Assembly (NCBI GenBank): GCA_020851395.1 | Contig: JADZCW010000013.1 | Coordinates: forward strand, 1 to 40,027 | DNA from: Phycisphaeraceae bacterium | GTDB lineage: Bacteria; Planctomycetota; Phycisphaerae; Phycisphaerales; Phycisphaeraceae | Direction: 5' to 3' | Length of the DNA stretch: 40,027 bases | Shown: positions 28,304-36,123 of the stretch, in pieces | Layout of the letters: each line of letters opens with the position of its first letter | Numbering within the stretch: position 1 is the stretch's first letter | Position numbers and translations under genes: made by a program | Notes under the pieces: model-generated | Told to the model about the DNA's origin: nothing | Seen by the model: the letters and a program-made list of their open reading frames with translations, nothing else | Database searches by the model: none

Positions 28304-29353
28304 GTGGACCCTCGCCAGACCGAGCACCCGTCCCACCGGGCGCTCGGCCCCGATGGTAGCGTCGCACCCCCTGCCCACCAAGCGCCCGGCGGGCGCGTCC
28401 AGATCCTGCTGGCGACCTACAACGCCGCGGCCTGGCTCGAGCCCCTGCTCGACTCGCTCCTGGCCCAGACGCACCCGAACATCGAGATCCTCGCCCGCGA
28501 CAACGCCTCGATCGACGACACCTTCTCTCGCCTCGAGCACGCCGCCGCCCGCCACTCGAGCCGCGTGAGGCTCCTCCGCCACCGCGAGCCCAATCTCGGC
28601 GCCCTGGGCAATTTCGCCCGGCTCCTGGATCAGGCCGACGCCCCCTACGTCATGTTCGCCGACGCCGACGACGTCTGGCGGCCCGACAAGGTGGCCGTCA
28701 CGCTCACCGCGATGCGCGAGCTCGAGGCGCAGGTCGGCCCCGGCACGCCGCTGCTGGTGCACACGGACCTGACCGTGGTCGACGCCCAACTGCACGAGAT
28801 CCACCCCTCGGCCTGGCGGGCGGCCAACCTCGACCCTCGGCTCAGCCGCGATCCCCGCCGGCTCCTGACGCAGAACTGCGCCTGGGGCTGCACCATGATG
28901 CTCAACCGCACGCTGGTCGAGCTCGCCCGGCCCGTCCCGACGGACGTGGTGATGCACGACTGGTGGGTCATCCTCGTCGCCGCCGCGATGGGTCGGGTTG
29001 CCTACCTGCCGCGGCCGACGATCCTGCACCGCCAGCACGGGGGCAACGACACGGGCGTCAAGTCCTGGGCGCTGGGCTACGTGCTCGAACAGGCCCGCCG
29101 CATCACCGACCGAGGCCAGTTCGACCGGCGCATGGCCCCGACCATCGCCCAGGCGGACGAACTGCTCCGCCGGTTCGCGGATCGACTGCCCCCCCAAGTT
29201 GCCGCCGCGTCGACCGCTTACGCGAAGTTGGCTTGTGTTTCGCCGCCGCGCCGCTGGGCCCGGGTGGTCCGCCACGGCCTGTGGCAGCGGGGGCTGGTTC
29301 GCAACCTTGGTTGGCTCTGGGCCGTCGCACGGATGCCGCGGAAGCGATCCTGA
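28304..29353 (+). CDS. glycosyltransferase family 2 (rhamnosyltransferase-like)
   Basis: VQILLATYNAAAWLEPLLDSLLAQTHPNIEILARDNASID and MFADADDVWRPDKV (DxD). The start is uncertain: GTG at 28304, or ATG at 28268, which would overlap the divergent wzy-like start. Confidence 0.8.
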   Translation: MDPRQTEHPSHRALGPDGSVAPPAHQAPGGRVQILLATYNAAAWLEPLLDSLLAQTHPNIEILARDNASIDDTFSRLEHAAARHSSRVRLLRHREPNLGALGNFARLLDQADAPYVMFADADDVWRPDKVAVTLTAMRELEAQVGPGTPLLVHTDLTVVDAQLHEIHPSAWRAANLDPRLSRDPRRLLTQNCAWGCTMMLNRTLVELARPVPTDVVMHDWWVILVAAAMGRVAYLPRPTILHRQHGGNDTGVKSWALGYVLEQARRITDRGQFDRRMAPTIAQADELLRRFADRLPPQVAAASTAYAKLACVSPPRRWARVVRHGLWQRGLVRNLGWLWAVARMPRKRS

Positions 29354-29379
29354 GGCTTGAACCGTTAGAGCCGTGGGCG

Positions 29380-29415
29380 AAAAAAAGTGGACGCTCTGTT
29401 CGCCAGAGCGTCCAC
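29380..29415 (-). terminator. strong rho-independent terminator (minus strand)
   Basis: Perfect 12-bp stem GTGGACGCTCTG (29387-29398) / CAGAGCGTCCAC (29404-29415) with loop TTCGC. It is flanked by A7 (29380-29386), which reads as U7 after the hairpin on the minus strand. Confidence 0.7.
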
Positions 29416-29739
29416 AAAGATCACCGGGGCGTCGGGAGGAGCCGTGACGCAATGGTCGGCGTCACGACAGCGGACTTGGCCGGCGCCGCCGGGCTATGGG
29501 CTGCTCCACCCATGGATTCACAACAATCTCAAGGCGGAGCAGCTCGCCGATGGAGCGTCCCTGCCGCGTCTCTCCTTTCCCTCACGGCCTGGCCGCCCGC
29601 TCGTCCGTGCCGGGGGCCATCTCTCCCCACCTTCCCCTTAAAGGCCCTGATTCCATGCAAGGTTCTGGATCAGGGCCGCTGCGTGGATCTCACATGCTGG
29701 CCTGCTAGACCGACCTTGCGCATGCTCGGGTCATGACAT

Positions 29740-31047
29740 TCACCGCCGCCGCCACAAGGCCAGGCCGCCGAGGGCCAGCAGGCTGAGGCTGGCGGGCTCA
29801 GGGATGACGGCCAGCTGGGCGGCGTCGACGCCGTTGCCGGCCAGCAGGGCGACGAAGGTGTTGATGTCCTGGACGTTGATGACGCCGGACTGGTTGGGGT
29901 CGACCTCGCCGTAGACGGCGTCGACCTCGCTGGTGCCGAGGCTCAGGGTGGCAAGACGGACCGCGAGGTAGGCCTTGTAGGCGGCCTCGGAGCCCAGGGC
30001 GGTGACGAAGGGGTTGATGTCCTGGACGTTGACCAGGCCGTCAAGGTTCATGTCGCCGGGGGTGAAGGGGTCGCGGGCGTTGGCGACGGTGACACGGAAG
30101 TCGATGTTGTCGATGCCCACGGCCATGCGGTCGGAGGGCTTGGAGCCGTAGAGCCAGAAGTAGATGTGGGGCTCGGAGTAGGTCGCCATCCAGACCGAGA
30201 CGTAGTAGTAGTCGTAGGTCGTCTCGATGTTGAAGGAAGTGTCGGTGGGGTTGGTGACCGAGAGGGTGTGCCATTGCATGCCGAGTGAGCCGATGTCCGG
30301 CTTGTCATCGCCGATGCCGGCCCAGCCCCAGGTGTTCCAGTTGGGGCTGTTCCAGACCGTGCGGGCGGTCAGGTCCGGGCCGAGCTCAGGGTAGGTGCCG
30401 TCGGCCCCGCCGAAGATCGGGCCGGCCCGGTCCTGCCAGGTGGGTAGCTCCTCGGCGTTGAGGCCGCCGATCCAGACGTGGAAGATGCTGTCGGCGTCCA
30501 GGACGACGTCCTCCCACTGGTTGAACCAGTAGTCGAAGTTGATCGTGGCCGGTCCGGCGACGTGATTGGCCGGGGCCTGCATGATCTGCGTCGCGTGGGG
30601 ACGGAAGAAGACCCCCTCAAGGAAGTGGTTGCTGGGATTGGTCGGGTCCTGTGAGACGTTGATGCCGTTGACCTTGTCGGTCCATGAGCCGACATACAGG
30701 CTCCTAGGATCGGGCTTGGTGGTGATGCCGACCTGGTTGTCGTAATCGCCCGAGGCGCCCGCGCCCCAGTTGGTGATCCAGCGGCCGACGTCGAACTGAG
30801 GATGGAACTGCCACGCCCGGACCGGATTGGCGCCGGCCGACACCTCATCGGCGGTCCGTGGGGAGTGCTGCTCCTTGATGTAGGGGTAGTCCTGAACGGT
30901 TGGCCCGCCGCCGGCGCCGGGGTCGAAGGTGATTTTCGTCAAATCTTCGAAGTCGCCGCCACTGACGATGTTGTCCGAGAGGGCACCAAACGTGGGAGCG
31001 GCCAGGACAGCCGCCGCGACAAGGGTAAATACGATTGGCCGGCGCAT
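29740..31047 (-). CDS. secreted CBM-like / dockerin-like repeat / PEP-CTERM protein, paralog 1
   Basis: Signal peptide. NIVSGGDFE start is typical of CBM4/9-like jelly-roll modules. Two EF-hand-like dockerin loops (DMNLDGLVNVQD, DPNQSGVINVQD). C-terminal IPEPASLSLLALGGLALWRRR. GGAG lies 8 nt upstream of the ATG. Confidence 0.85.
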   Translation of the reverse strand: MRRPIVFTLVAAAVLAAPTFGALSDNIVSGGDFEDLTKITFDPGAGGGPTVQDYPYIKEQHSPRTADEVSAGANPVRAWQFHPQFDVGRWITNWGAGASGDYDNQVGITTKPDPRSLYVGSWTDKVNGINVSQDPTNPSNHFLEGVFFRPHATQIMQAPANHVAGPATINFDYWFNQWEDVVLDADSIFHVWIGGLNAEELPTWQDRAGPIFGGADGTYPELGPDLTARTVWNSPNWNTWGWAGIGDDKPDIGSLGMQWHTLSVTNPTDTSFNIETTYDYYYVSVWMATYSEPHIYFWLYGSKPSDRMAVGIDNIDFRVTVANARDPFTPGDMNLDGLVNVQDINPFVTALGSEAAYKAYLAVRLATLSLGTSEVDAVYGEVDPNQSGVINVQDINTFVALLAGNGVDAAQLAVIPEPASLSLLALGGLALWRRR

Positions 31048-31122
31048 GTGATCTTCTCCGTGGTTTTCCTGGGTGCGAATAGGGTCAGAACAAAAGGTTG
31101 TCCATGAATCACAGTTAGGGTT

Positions 31123-32430
31123 TCAGGCGACCGCCCGACGGGACCTCGAGTGCAAAAACAGACCACCGAGCGTCAGCAGGCTGAGGCTGGCGGGCTCGGG
31201 GATGACGGCCAGTTGATCCGCGTCAACGCCGTTGCCGGCGAGCATGGTGACGAAGGTGTTAATGTCCTGGACGTTGATGACCCCGTCCTGGTTGGGGTCG
31301 ATCTCAATGATGACGGCATCGAGTTCGGGGGGGCTGGTGCCCAGGCCCTTGGCGATGAGGTAGTTGGCAATCAACGCTCTATAGCTGGCGATGCTGCCCA
31401 GGGCGGTGACGAAGGGGTTGATGTCCTGGACATTGACCACGCCGTCAAGGTTCATGTCACCGGGGAGGAAGGGGTCGCGGACGTTGCCGACGGTGACACG
31501 GAAGTCGATGTTGTCGATGCCGATAGCCAGGCGATCCGTCGGCTTCCCGCCGTACAGCCAGAAGTAGGGGTGCCCCTCGCTGTAGGTCGTCATCCAGACC
31601 GAGATGTAGTAGTAGTCGTAGGTCGTGTCGAGGTTGAACGTCGTGGTCTCGGGGTACATCCCCGACAGCGAATGCCACTGCATGCCCTGCGAGCCGATGC
31701 TGGGCTTGTCATCGCCGATGCCCGCCCAGCCCCAGGTGTTCCAGTTGGGGCTGTCCCAGATCGGGTTGTACCCGGCGGGGGGGGCCCCGCCCCAGACCGG
31801 GCCGGCGCGGTCCTGCCAGTCCGGGAGGTCGGCCGCGTTCACGCCGCCGATCCAGACATGGAAGATGCTGTCAGCGTCGGTGATCACGTCCTCCCACTGG
31901 TTGAACCAGTAGTCGAAGTTGATCGTCGCCGGGCCCGCGACCTGGTTGGCCGGGGCCTGCATGATCTGCGCCGCATGGGGACGGAACAGGACGCCCTCGA
32001 GGAAATGGTTGCTGGCGTTGGTCGGGTCCTGCGAGACGTTGATGCCGTTGACCCTCTCCGTCCACCCGCCGTTGACGTAGAGGCTTCTGGGATCAGGCTT
32101 GGCAGTGATGCCAAGCTGGTTGTCATAATCGCCCGAGGGGCCCGCGCCCCAGTTGGTGATCCATCGGCCGACGTCGAACTGAGGATGGAACTGCCACGCC
32201 CGGACCGGATTGGTCCCGGCCGAGACCTCATCGGCGGTCCGCGGGGAGTGCTGTTCCTTGACGTACGGATAATCCATCACGACCGAGCCTCCACCGGGCC
32301 CGGGGTAGAACGCGACCTTGGTCAGTTGCTCGAAGTCGCCGCCGCTGACCAGATTGTCCGACAGGGCGCCGAACGCGGGCGCAGCCAAGAGGGCCGTCGT
32401 CGCAGCAAGCATCGCAGCGAATCCACGCAT
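31123..32430 (-). CDS. secreted CBM-like / dockerin-like repeat / PEP-CTERM protein, paralog 2
   Basis: Same architecture as paralog 1, and by eye roughly four-fifths identical to it (e.g. KEQHSPRTADEVSAG.NPVRAWQFHPQFDVGRWITNWGAG). DMNLDGVVNVQD and DPNQDGVINVQD loops. IPEPASLSLLTLGGLFL PEP-CTERM. Confidence 0.85.
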   Translation of the reverse strand: MRGFAAMLAATTALLAAPAFGALSDNLVSGGDFEQLTKVAFYPGPGGGSVVMDYPYVKEQHSPRTADEVSAGTNPVRAWQFHPQFDVGRWITNWGAGPSGDYDNQLGITAKPDPRSLYVNGGWTERVNGINVSQDPTNASNHFLEGVLFRPHAAQIMQAPANQVAGPATINFDYWFNQWEDVITDADSIFHVWIGGVNAADLPDWQDRAGPVWGGAPPAGYNPIWDSPNWNTWGWAGIGDDKPSIGSQGMQWHSLSGMYPETTTFNLDTTYDYYYISVWMTTYSEGHPYFWLYGGKPTDRLAIGIDNIDFRVTVGNVRDPFLPGDMNLDGVVNVQDINPFVTALGSIASYRALIANYLIAKGLGTSPPELDAVIIEIDPNQDGVINVQDINTFVTMLAGNGVDADQLAVIPEPASLSLLTLGGLFLHSRSRRAVA

Positions 32431-32504
32431 CCTGTCTCTCCTTCGGACTGTCTGTCACCGCGGCAGTTCGACTCGATCGGGTAGTCGTGACGGATCGCGA
32501 AGGT

Positions 32505-33854
32505 TCAGGCGGACGGCCTCGAGGACCTGGCCAGCCGTGTAAGGCCCGCCAGGACCAGGAGCGAGAGGCTCGCGGGCTCGGGGATGACGGCCAGTTGGGC
32601 GGCGTCCACGCCGCTGCCGGCCAGCAGGGCGACGAACGGGTTGATGTCCTGCACGTTGATGACGCCGGACTGGTTGGGATCTACCTCGTCAAAGACCTGG
32701 TCGACCAGGCTCGGGTCGAGGCCTAGTGTGGCCAGGCGGGTGGCGAGGTAGGCCTTGTACGCGGCCTCGCTGCCCAGGACCTGGACGAAGGGGTTGATGT
32801 CCTGCACGTTGACGACGTCGTCGAGGTTCATGTCGCCCGGCAGGAAGGGGATGCGCGCCATCTCGAGGCTGACATTGTCGACTGCAACCGAGAACTCATC
32901 CGCCGGCCGGCCGCCGTACAGCCAGAAGTAGGGGTGCGGCTCGCTGTAGACGCAGAGCCAGAACTCGACGTAGTAGTAGGCGTAGGTCTGGCCGAGGTTG
33001 AACGAGCCGTCGGTGTAGAGATACTCGGCCGGATCGCTGCCCATCACGGTCGAGGTCACGCCGTCCGAAAGCGTGCGCCACTGCGGGGTGAAGGGCGAGC
33101 CGTAGGCGATCTGGACGAAGCCGTTGTCGGCCAGGTTGCCGCCCCAGTTGGACCAGTGCGGGGAGCTGTAGAGCAGGTCCCAGCCGGTGAGGTTCGGTGT
33201 GGTGCCGATGTCATGGCTGCCGGGCCCCCATCGCTGCTGCCAGGTGGGTAGGCCGGCCTCGGGCAGGCCGTAGACGTAGGCGTGCAGAATGACCGGGGCG
33301 TCAGGGTCGGGGTTCCAGTACTTGATGTAGTAGTCGAAGTCGATCTGCGCCGTGCCGGTCGTCTGCCGGTTGGGGGCCTCGACGAACTGCCCCATCCAGC
33401 TCCGGAACGTCACCCCCTCCATGACATGGTTGCCGGCGTTGAAGGGGTCGACGGAGATGTTCTGGTTGTTGACGCTGTCGACCCAGGCGTTGTTCTGGTA
33501 GAGGCTGCGCGGGTCAGGTTGGGTGGTGATGCCGATCTGGTTGTCGTAGTCCCCGCTGGGCCCGACGCCCCAGACAGTCATCCACCGGCCCAGGTCGAAT
33601 TGAGGATGGAACTGCCAGGCGCGTACCGGATTCGCGCCGGCGCTGATCTCTTCCGCCGTGCGAGGCGAATGCTGCTGCTTGTAGTGGGCGTAGTCCTGAA
33701 CCGTGCCGCCGCCTCCCGCGCCGGGGTCAAAGGTGATCTTGGTCAGCTGCTCAAAATCTCCCCCACCGATGATGTTGCCCGTCGTCCCGCCCAGAGCCGT
33801 AGCAGTCCAAGCCAGTCCGACAACCATGCCCAGCAAGGCAGACCGATGTAGCAT
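32505..33854 (-). CDS. secreted CBM-like / dockerin-like repeat / PEP-CTERM protein, paralog 3 (more divergent)
   Basis: Same N-terminal conserved block (QQHSPRTAEEISAGANPVRAWQFHPQFDLGRWMT). DMNLDDVVNVQD and DPNQSGVINVQD loops. IPEPASLSLLVLAGLTRL PEP-CTERM. AAGGAG lies 7 nt upstream of the ATG. Confidence 0.85.
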   Translation of the reverse strand: MLHRSALLGMVVGLAWTATALGGTTGNIIGGGDFEQLTKITFDPGAGGGGTVQDYAHYKQQHSPRTAEEISAGANPVRAWQFHPQFDLGRWMTVWGVGPSGDYDNQIGITTQPDPRSLYQNNAWVDSVNNQNISVDPFNAGNHVMEGVTFRSWMGQFVEAPNRQTTGTAQIDFDYYIKYWNPDPDAPVILHAYVYGLPEAGLPTWQQRWGPGSHDIGTTPNLTGWDLLYSSPHWSNWGGNLADNGFVQIAYGSPFTPQWRTLSDGVTSTVMGSDPAEYLYTDGSFNLGQTYAYYYVEFWLCVYSEPHPYFWLYGGRPADEFSVAVDNVSLEMARIPFLPGDMNLDDVVNVQDINPFVQVLGSEAAYKAYLATRLATLGLDPSLVDQVFDEVDPNQSGVINVQDINPFVALLAGSGVDAAQLAVIPEPASLSLLVLAGLTRLARSSRPSA

Positions 33855-34132
33855 CGACGTTTCTCCTTGATTTTGACAGACGACAACAATACTGCGCCGG
33901 GGCTAGGCTACGCTATGCCATATAGCGTGCATGAACGCCATAACCGATGTTCATAAAAGACTCTACGTCGAGTCTTCGTTGACTTCAGACGATGGAAACC
34001 AAGCCGGATGCCGGCGGGAACCGCTTTCCGACCCATGAATAGGGTCCAACAATCAACACTGAGCAACAACCAGAAAAATAGCCTACGATCGCCTGTTGGG
34101 CAATAGGTGAATGGATCGAAAGCCCCGATTTT

Positions 34133-35038
34133 TCACGCATAATACGATTTTCTGAACGTGCAAACCGTCTTGCCAGTTTCCCAGATACATATTTCATCCA
34201 ATTTGGAGCCAACCCCAGCGACCGGGCCTTCCAGCAGATCGTGGATCACACGCGCGATATTCTCGACCGAGGGGTTGAGGGCTCGAAACTCCACCACATC
34301 GGTGTTCAGGTGTTTGTGGTCAAGCTTCTCGATCACGTGCTGATCGACCAGCGCGTCAAGTTGGCTGACGTCGGGCACTCGCCCATGGGGGTCGATCGAA
34401 ACGATCACGGCGACCTCGAGCTTGTAGTTGTGCCCGTGGCCGGCGGGGTTGTTGCACTTGCCGAAGACTTCCTTGTTCTTCTGCTCGCTCCACGCCGGCA
34501 CGTGCAGCCGGTGCGAGGCCGAGAACTCATACTGATGACGCAGCAGCACTTGGTCCATGTCCCGGCTCCGGATCTCGAGGCTGTAGAAGGGCGTCAGCGC
34601 CAGGCGCAGCGACTCGACGCTTCCGCCGAGCGCCGGCTGGATCAGTTCACTGAGCCGACGCATCAGCGCGCCCATCGCCACGGCGGACGACCCGCCCGGC
34701 CCGTTCACCACCGCGAACAGGTGCGGCAAAGCCGCCTGGCGCACGGCCTGGTCAATATGGCGGATGTTCAGGAAGTAGCCGCTGACCGGATCGACGTCCC
34801 CCCGGCAGCGGACGAGCAACTCGTAGTAACGACCGAGACCGCGCATCGCGGGCCAGCCGGCGAAGGTGTTGCTCTTGGGCTCCGCCTCCCAGCCCGGCCC
34901 GGCGGGGTCGCTCAGGCAGAATCGCACGGTACGCGTCAGTTCAACCACGCCCGGATTATAGAGCGGCCGGCGGCGCGCGTTGCGGGGCGTCGTGTCCCTG
35001 TTACCCTCACGACATGACGACCCCTCCCGAGAATTCAT
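34133..35038 (-). CDS. 6-pyruvoyl-tetrahydropterin synthase family protein (eukaryote-type PTPS C-terminal domain plus extra N-terminal half)
   Basis: The C-terminal 140 aa SASHRLHVP...VFGKCNNPAGHGHNYKLEV...LDHKHLNTDV...NPSVENIA closely follows the animal PTPS pattern (GKCNNPNGHGHNY, LDHKNL, TTENVA). The N-terminal 130-160 aa are extra. The start is uncertain: ATG at 35038 overlaps the divergent TPR gene; the alternative is GTG at 34948. Confidence 0.85.
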   Translation of the reverse strand: MNSREGSSCREGNRDTTPRNARRRPLYNPGVVELTRTVRFCLSDPAGPGWEAEPKSNTFAGWPAMRGLGRYYELLVRCRGDVDPVSGYFLNIRHIDQAVRQAALPHLFAVVNGPGGSSAVAMGALMRRLSELIQPALGGSVESLRLALTPFYSLEIRSRDMDQVLLRHQYEFSASHRLHVPAWSEQKNKEVFGKCNNPAGHGHNYKLEVAVIVSIDPHGRVPDVSQLDALVDQHVIEKLDHKHLNTDVVEFRALNPSVENIARVIHDLLEGPVAGVGSKLDEICIWETGKTVCTFRKSYYA

Positions 35039-36108
35039 CGAGCGGCAACACCGCTTCCACCCGCCCCGCCGTGCCCTGGGGCAAGCTCCTGGTCATCCTG
35101 CTCTGCCTCGCCGTGACGATCTGGTACGTCCACCACGTCCGGCAACGGCAGACGGCGCCCTCGCCCGCGACCACAAGCACGGCGTTCGACGCCACGGCCG
35201 CCCAGGCCCAGGTCCAGGCCCTGGGCCAGAAGGTCAGCCACGCCATGACCACCGGCCTGCTCGGGCCGGCGATGGAGCAGGAAGCGCGGGCGCTGGCCGA
35301 TCGATTCCCGCGCTTCGCCCCGGCCCGCACGCTCCTGGCCCAGGTGCTCTGGAGCCGTCAACAGGTCCCCGCCGCCTACGAGCAGCTCAGCCTCGGACTC
35401 GGGCTCGATCCCAAACAGGCGGCGGTCCAGGAGATGGCCGGCACGCTGGCCCTGGAGCTGGGCAAGCCCGACGAGGCCGGGACGCACTTCTCCCGCGCGA
35501 TGGACCTCGACCCCAAGGAGCCTCGTTACCGGCTCGACCTGGCCAACGTCTACCTGCGCCAGCGCGAGTTCGACCGGGCGGAGCGGCTGTTCCTCGAGGC
35601 CCTGCAGATCGACTCGAACCTGCACGCGGCCTACGCGGGCCTGAGCGACCTGTTCGCCCAGCAGAACAAGCTCGTCATGGCCCTGGATCAGGTGCAGCAC
35701 GCCATCGACCACACGCCCGTGTCCGAGCGTGCCCGACAGGTGATCTACCTGCGCAAGAAGGCCAATCTGCTCCGCCGCGCCAACCGGCCGGCCGAGGCGC
35801 TGCAGGTCTTGAACATGCTCACCGACGGCGAGCGGCGGGACCCGGCCGTGCTGGCCGAGTTGGCGACGACGCACACGATGCTCGGCAAGCCCGCCGACGC
35901 GGCCGAGCTGTACCACCGGGCCTGGGAGAAATCGCCGACGCAGTGGGAGCTGGCCGCCGAGGCGGCGCGCTACTACCAACGCGCGGGCAACACCCTGGCC
36001 GCGGGCCAGATGCTCGAGCAGGTGCGCCAGGTCAACCCGCAGGCGTCGGTGCTCACGGATCCCGGCCAGGCGCGGGAGGCCGCGGCCGGGGCGACGACGG
36101 CGCCCTGA
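35014..36108 (+). CDS. membrane-anchored tetratricopeptide repeat (TPR) protein
   Basis: N-terminal TM helix (LLVILLCLAVTIWYV) followed by repeated 34-residue Ala/Leu/Tyr patterns (e.g. AGTHFSRAMDLDPKEPRYRLDLANVYLRQREFDRAERLFLEALQIDSN). Confidence 0.8.
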   Translation: MTTPPENSSSGNTASTRPAVPWGKLLVILLCLAVTIWYVHHVRQRQTAPSPATTSTAFDATAAQAQVQALGQKVSHAMTTGLLGPAMEQEARALADRFPRFAPARTLLAQVLWSRQQVPAAYEQLSLGLGLDPKQAAVQEMAGTLALELGKPDEAGTHFSRAMDLDPKEPRYRLDLANVYLRQREFDRAERLFLEALQIDSNLHAAYAGLSDLFAQQNKLVMALDQVQHAIDHTPVSERARQVIYLRKKANLLRRANRPAEALQVLNMLTDGERRDPAVLAELATTHTMLGKPADAAELYHRAWEKSPTQWELAAEAARYYQRAGNTLAAGQMLEQVRQVNPQASVLTDPGQAREAAAGATTAP

Positions 36109-36123
36109 CGCGCGCGCCCCGGC

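Noticed and set aside
28301-29452. N-terminal 383 aa of the 797-aa minus-strand ORF 27059-29452
   Set aside because: It is an Arg/Gly/Asp-rich shadow of the + strand GT2 gene, which has a clear ATYN...DxD pattern. The membrane-protein part begins at the internal ATG 28300.
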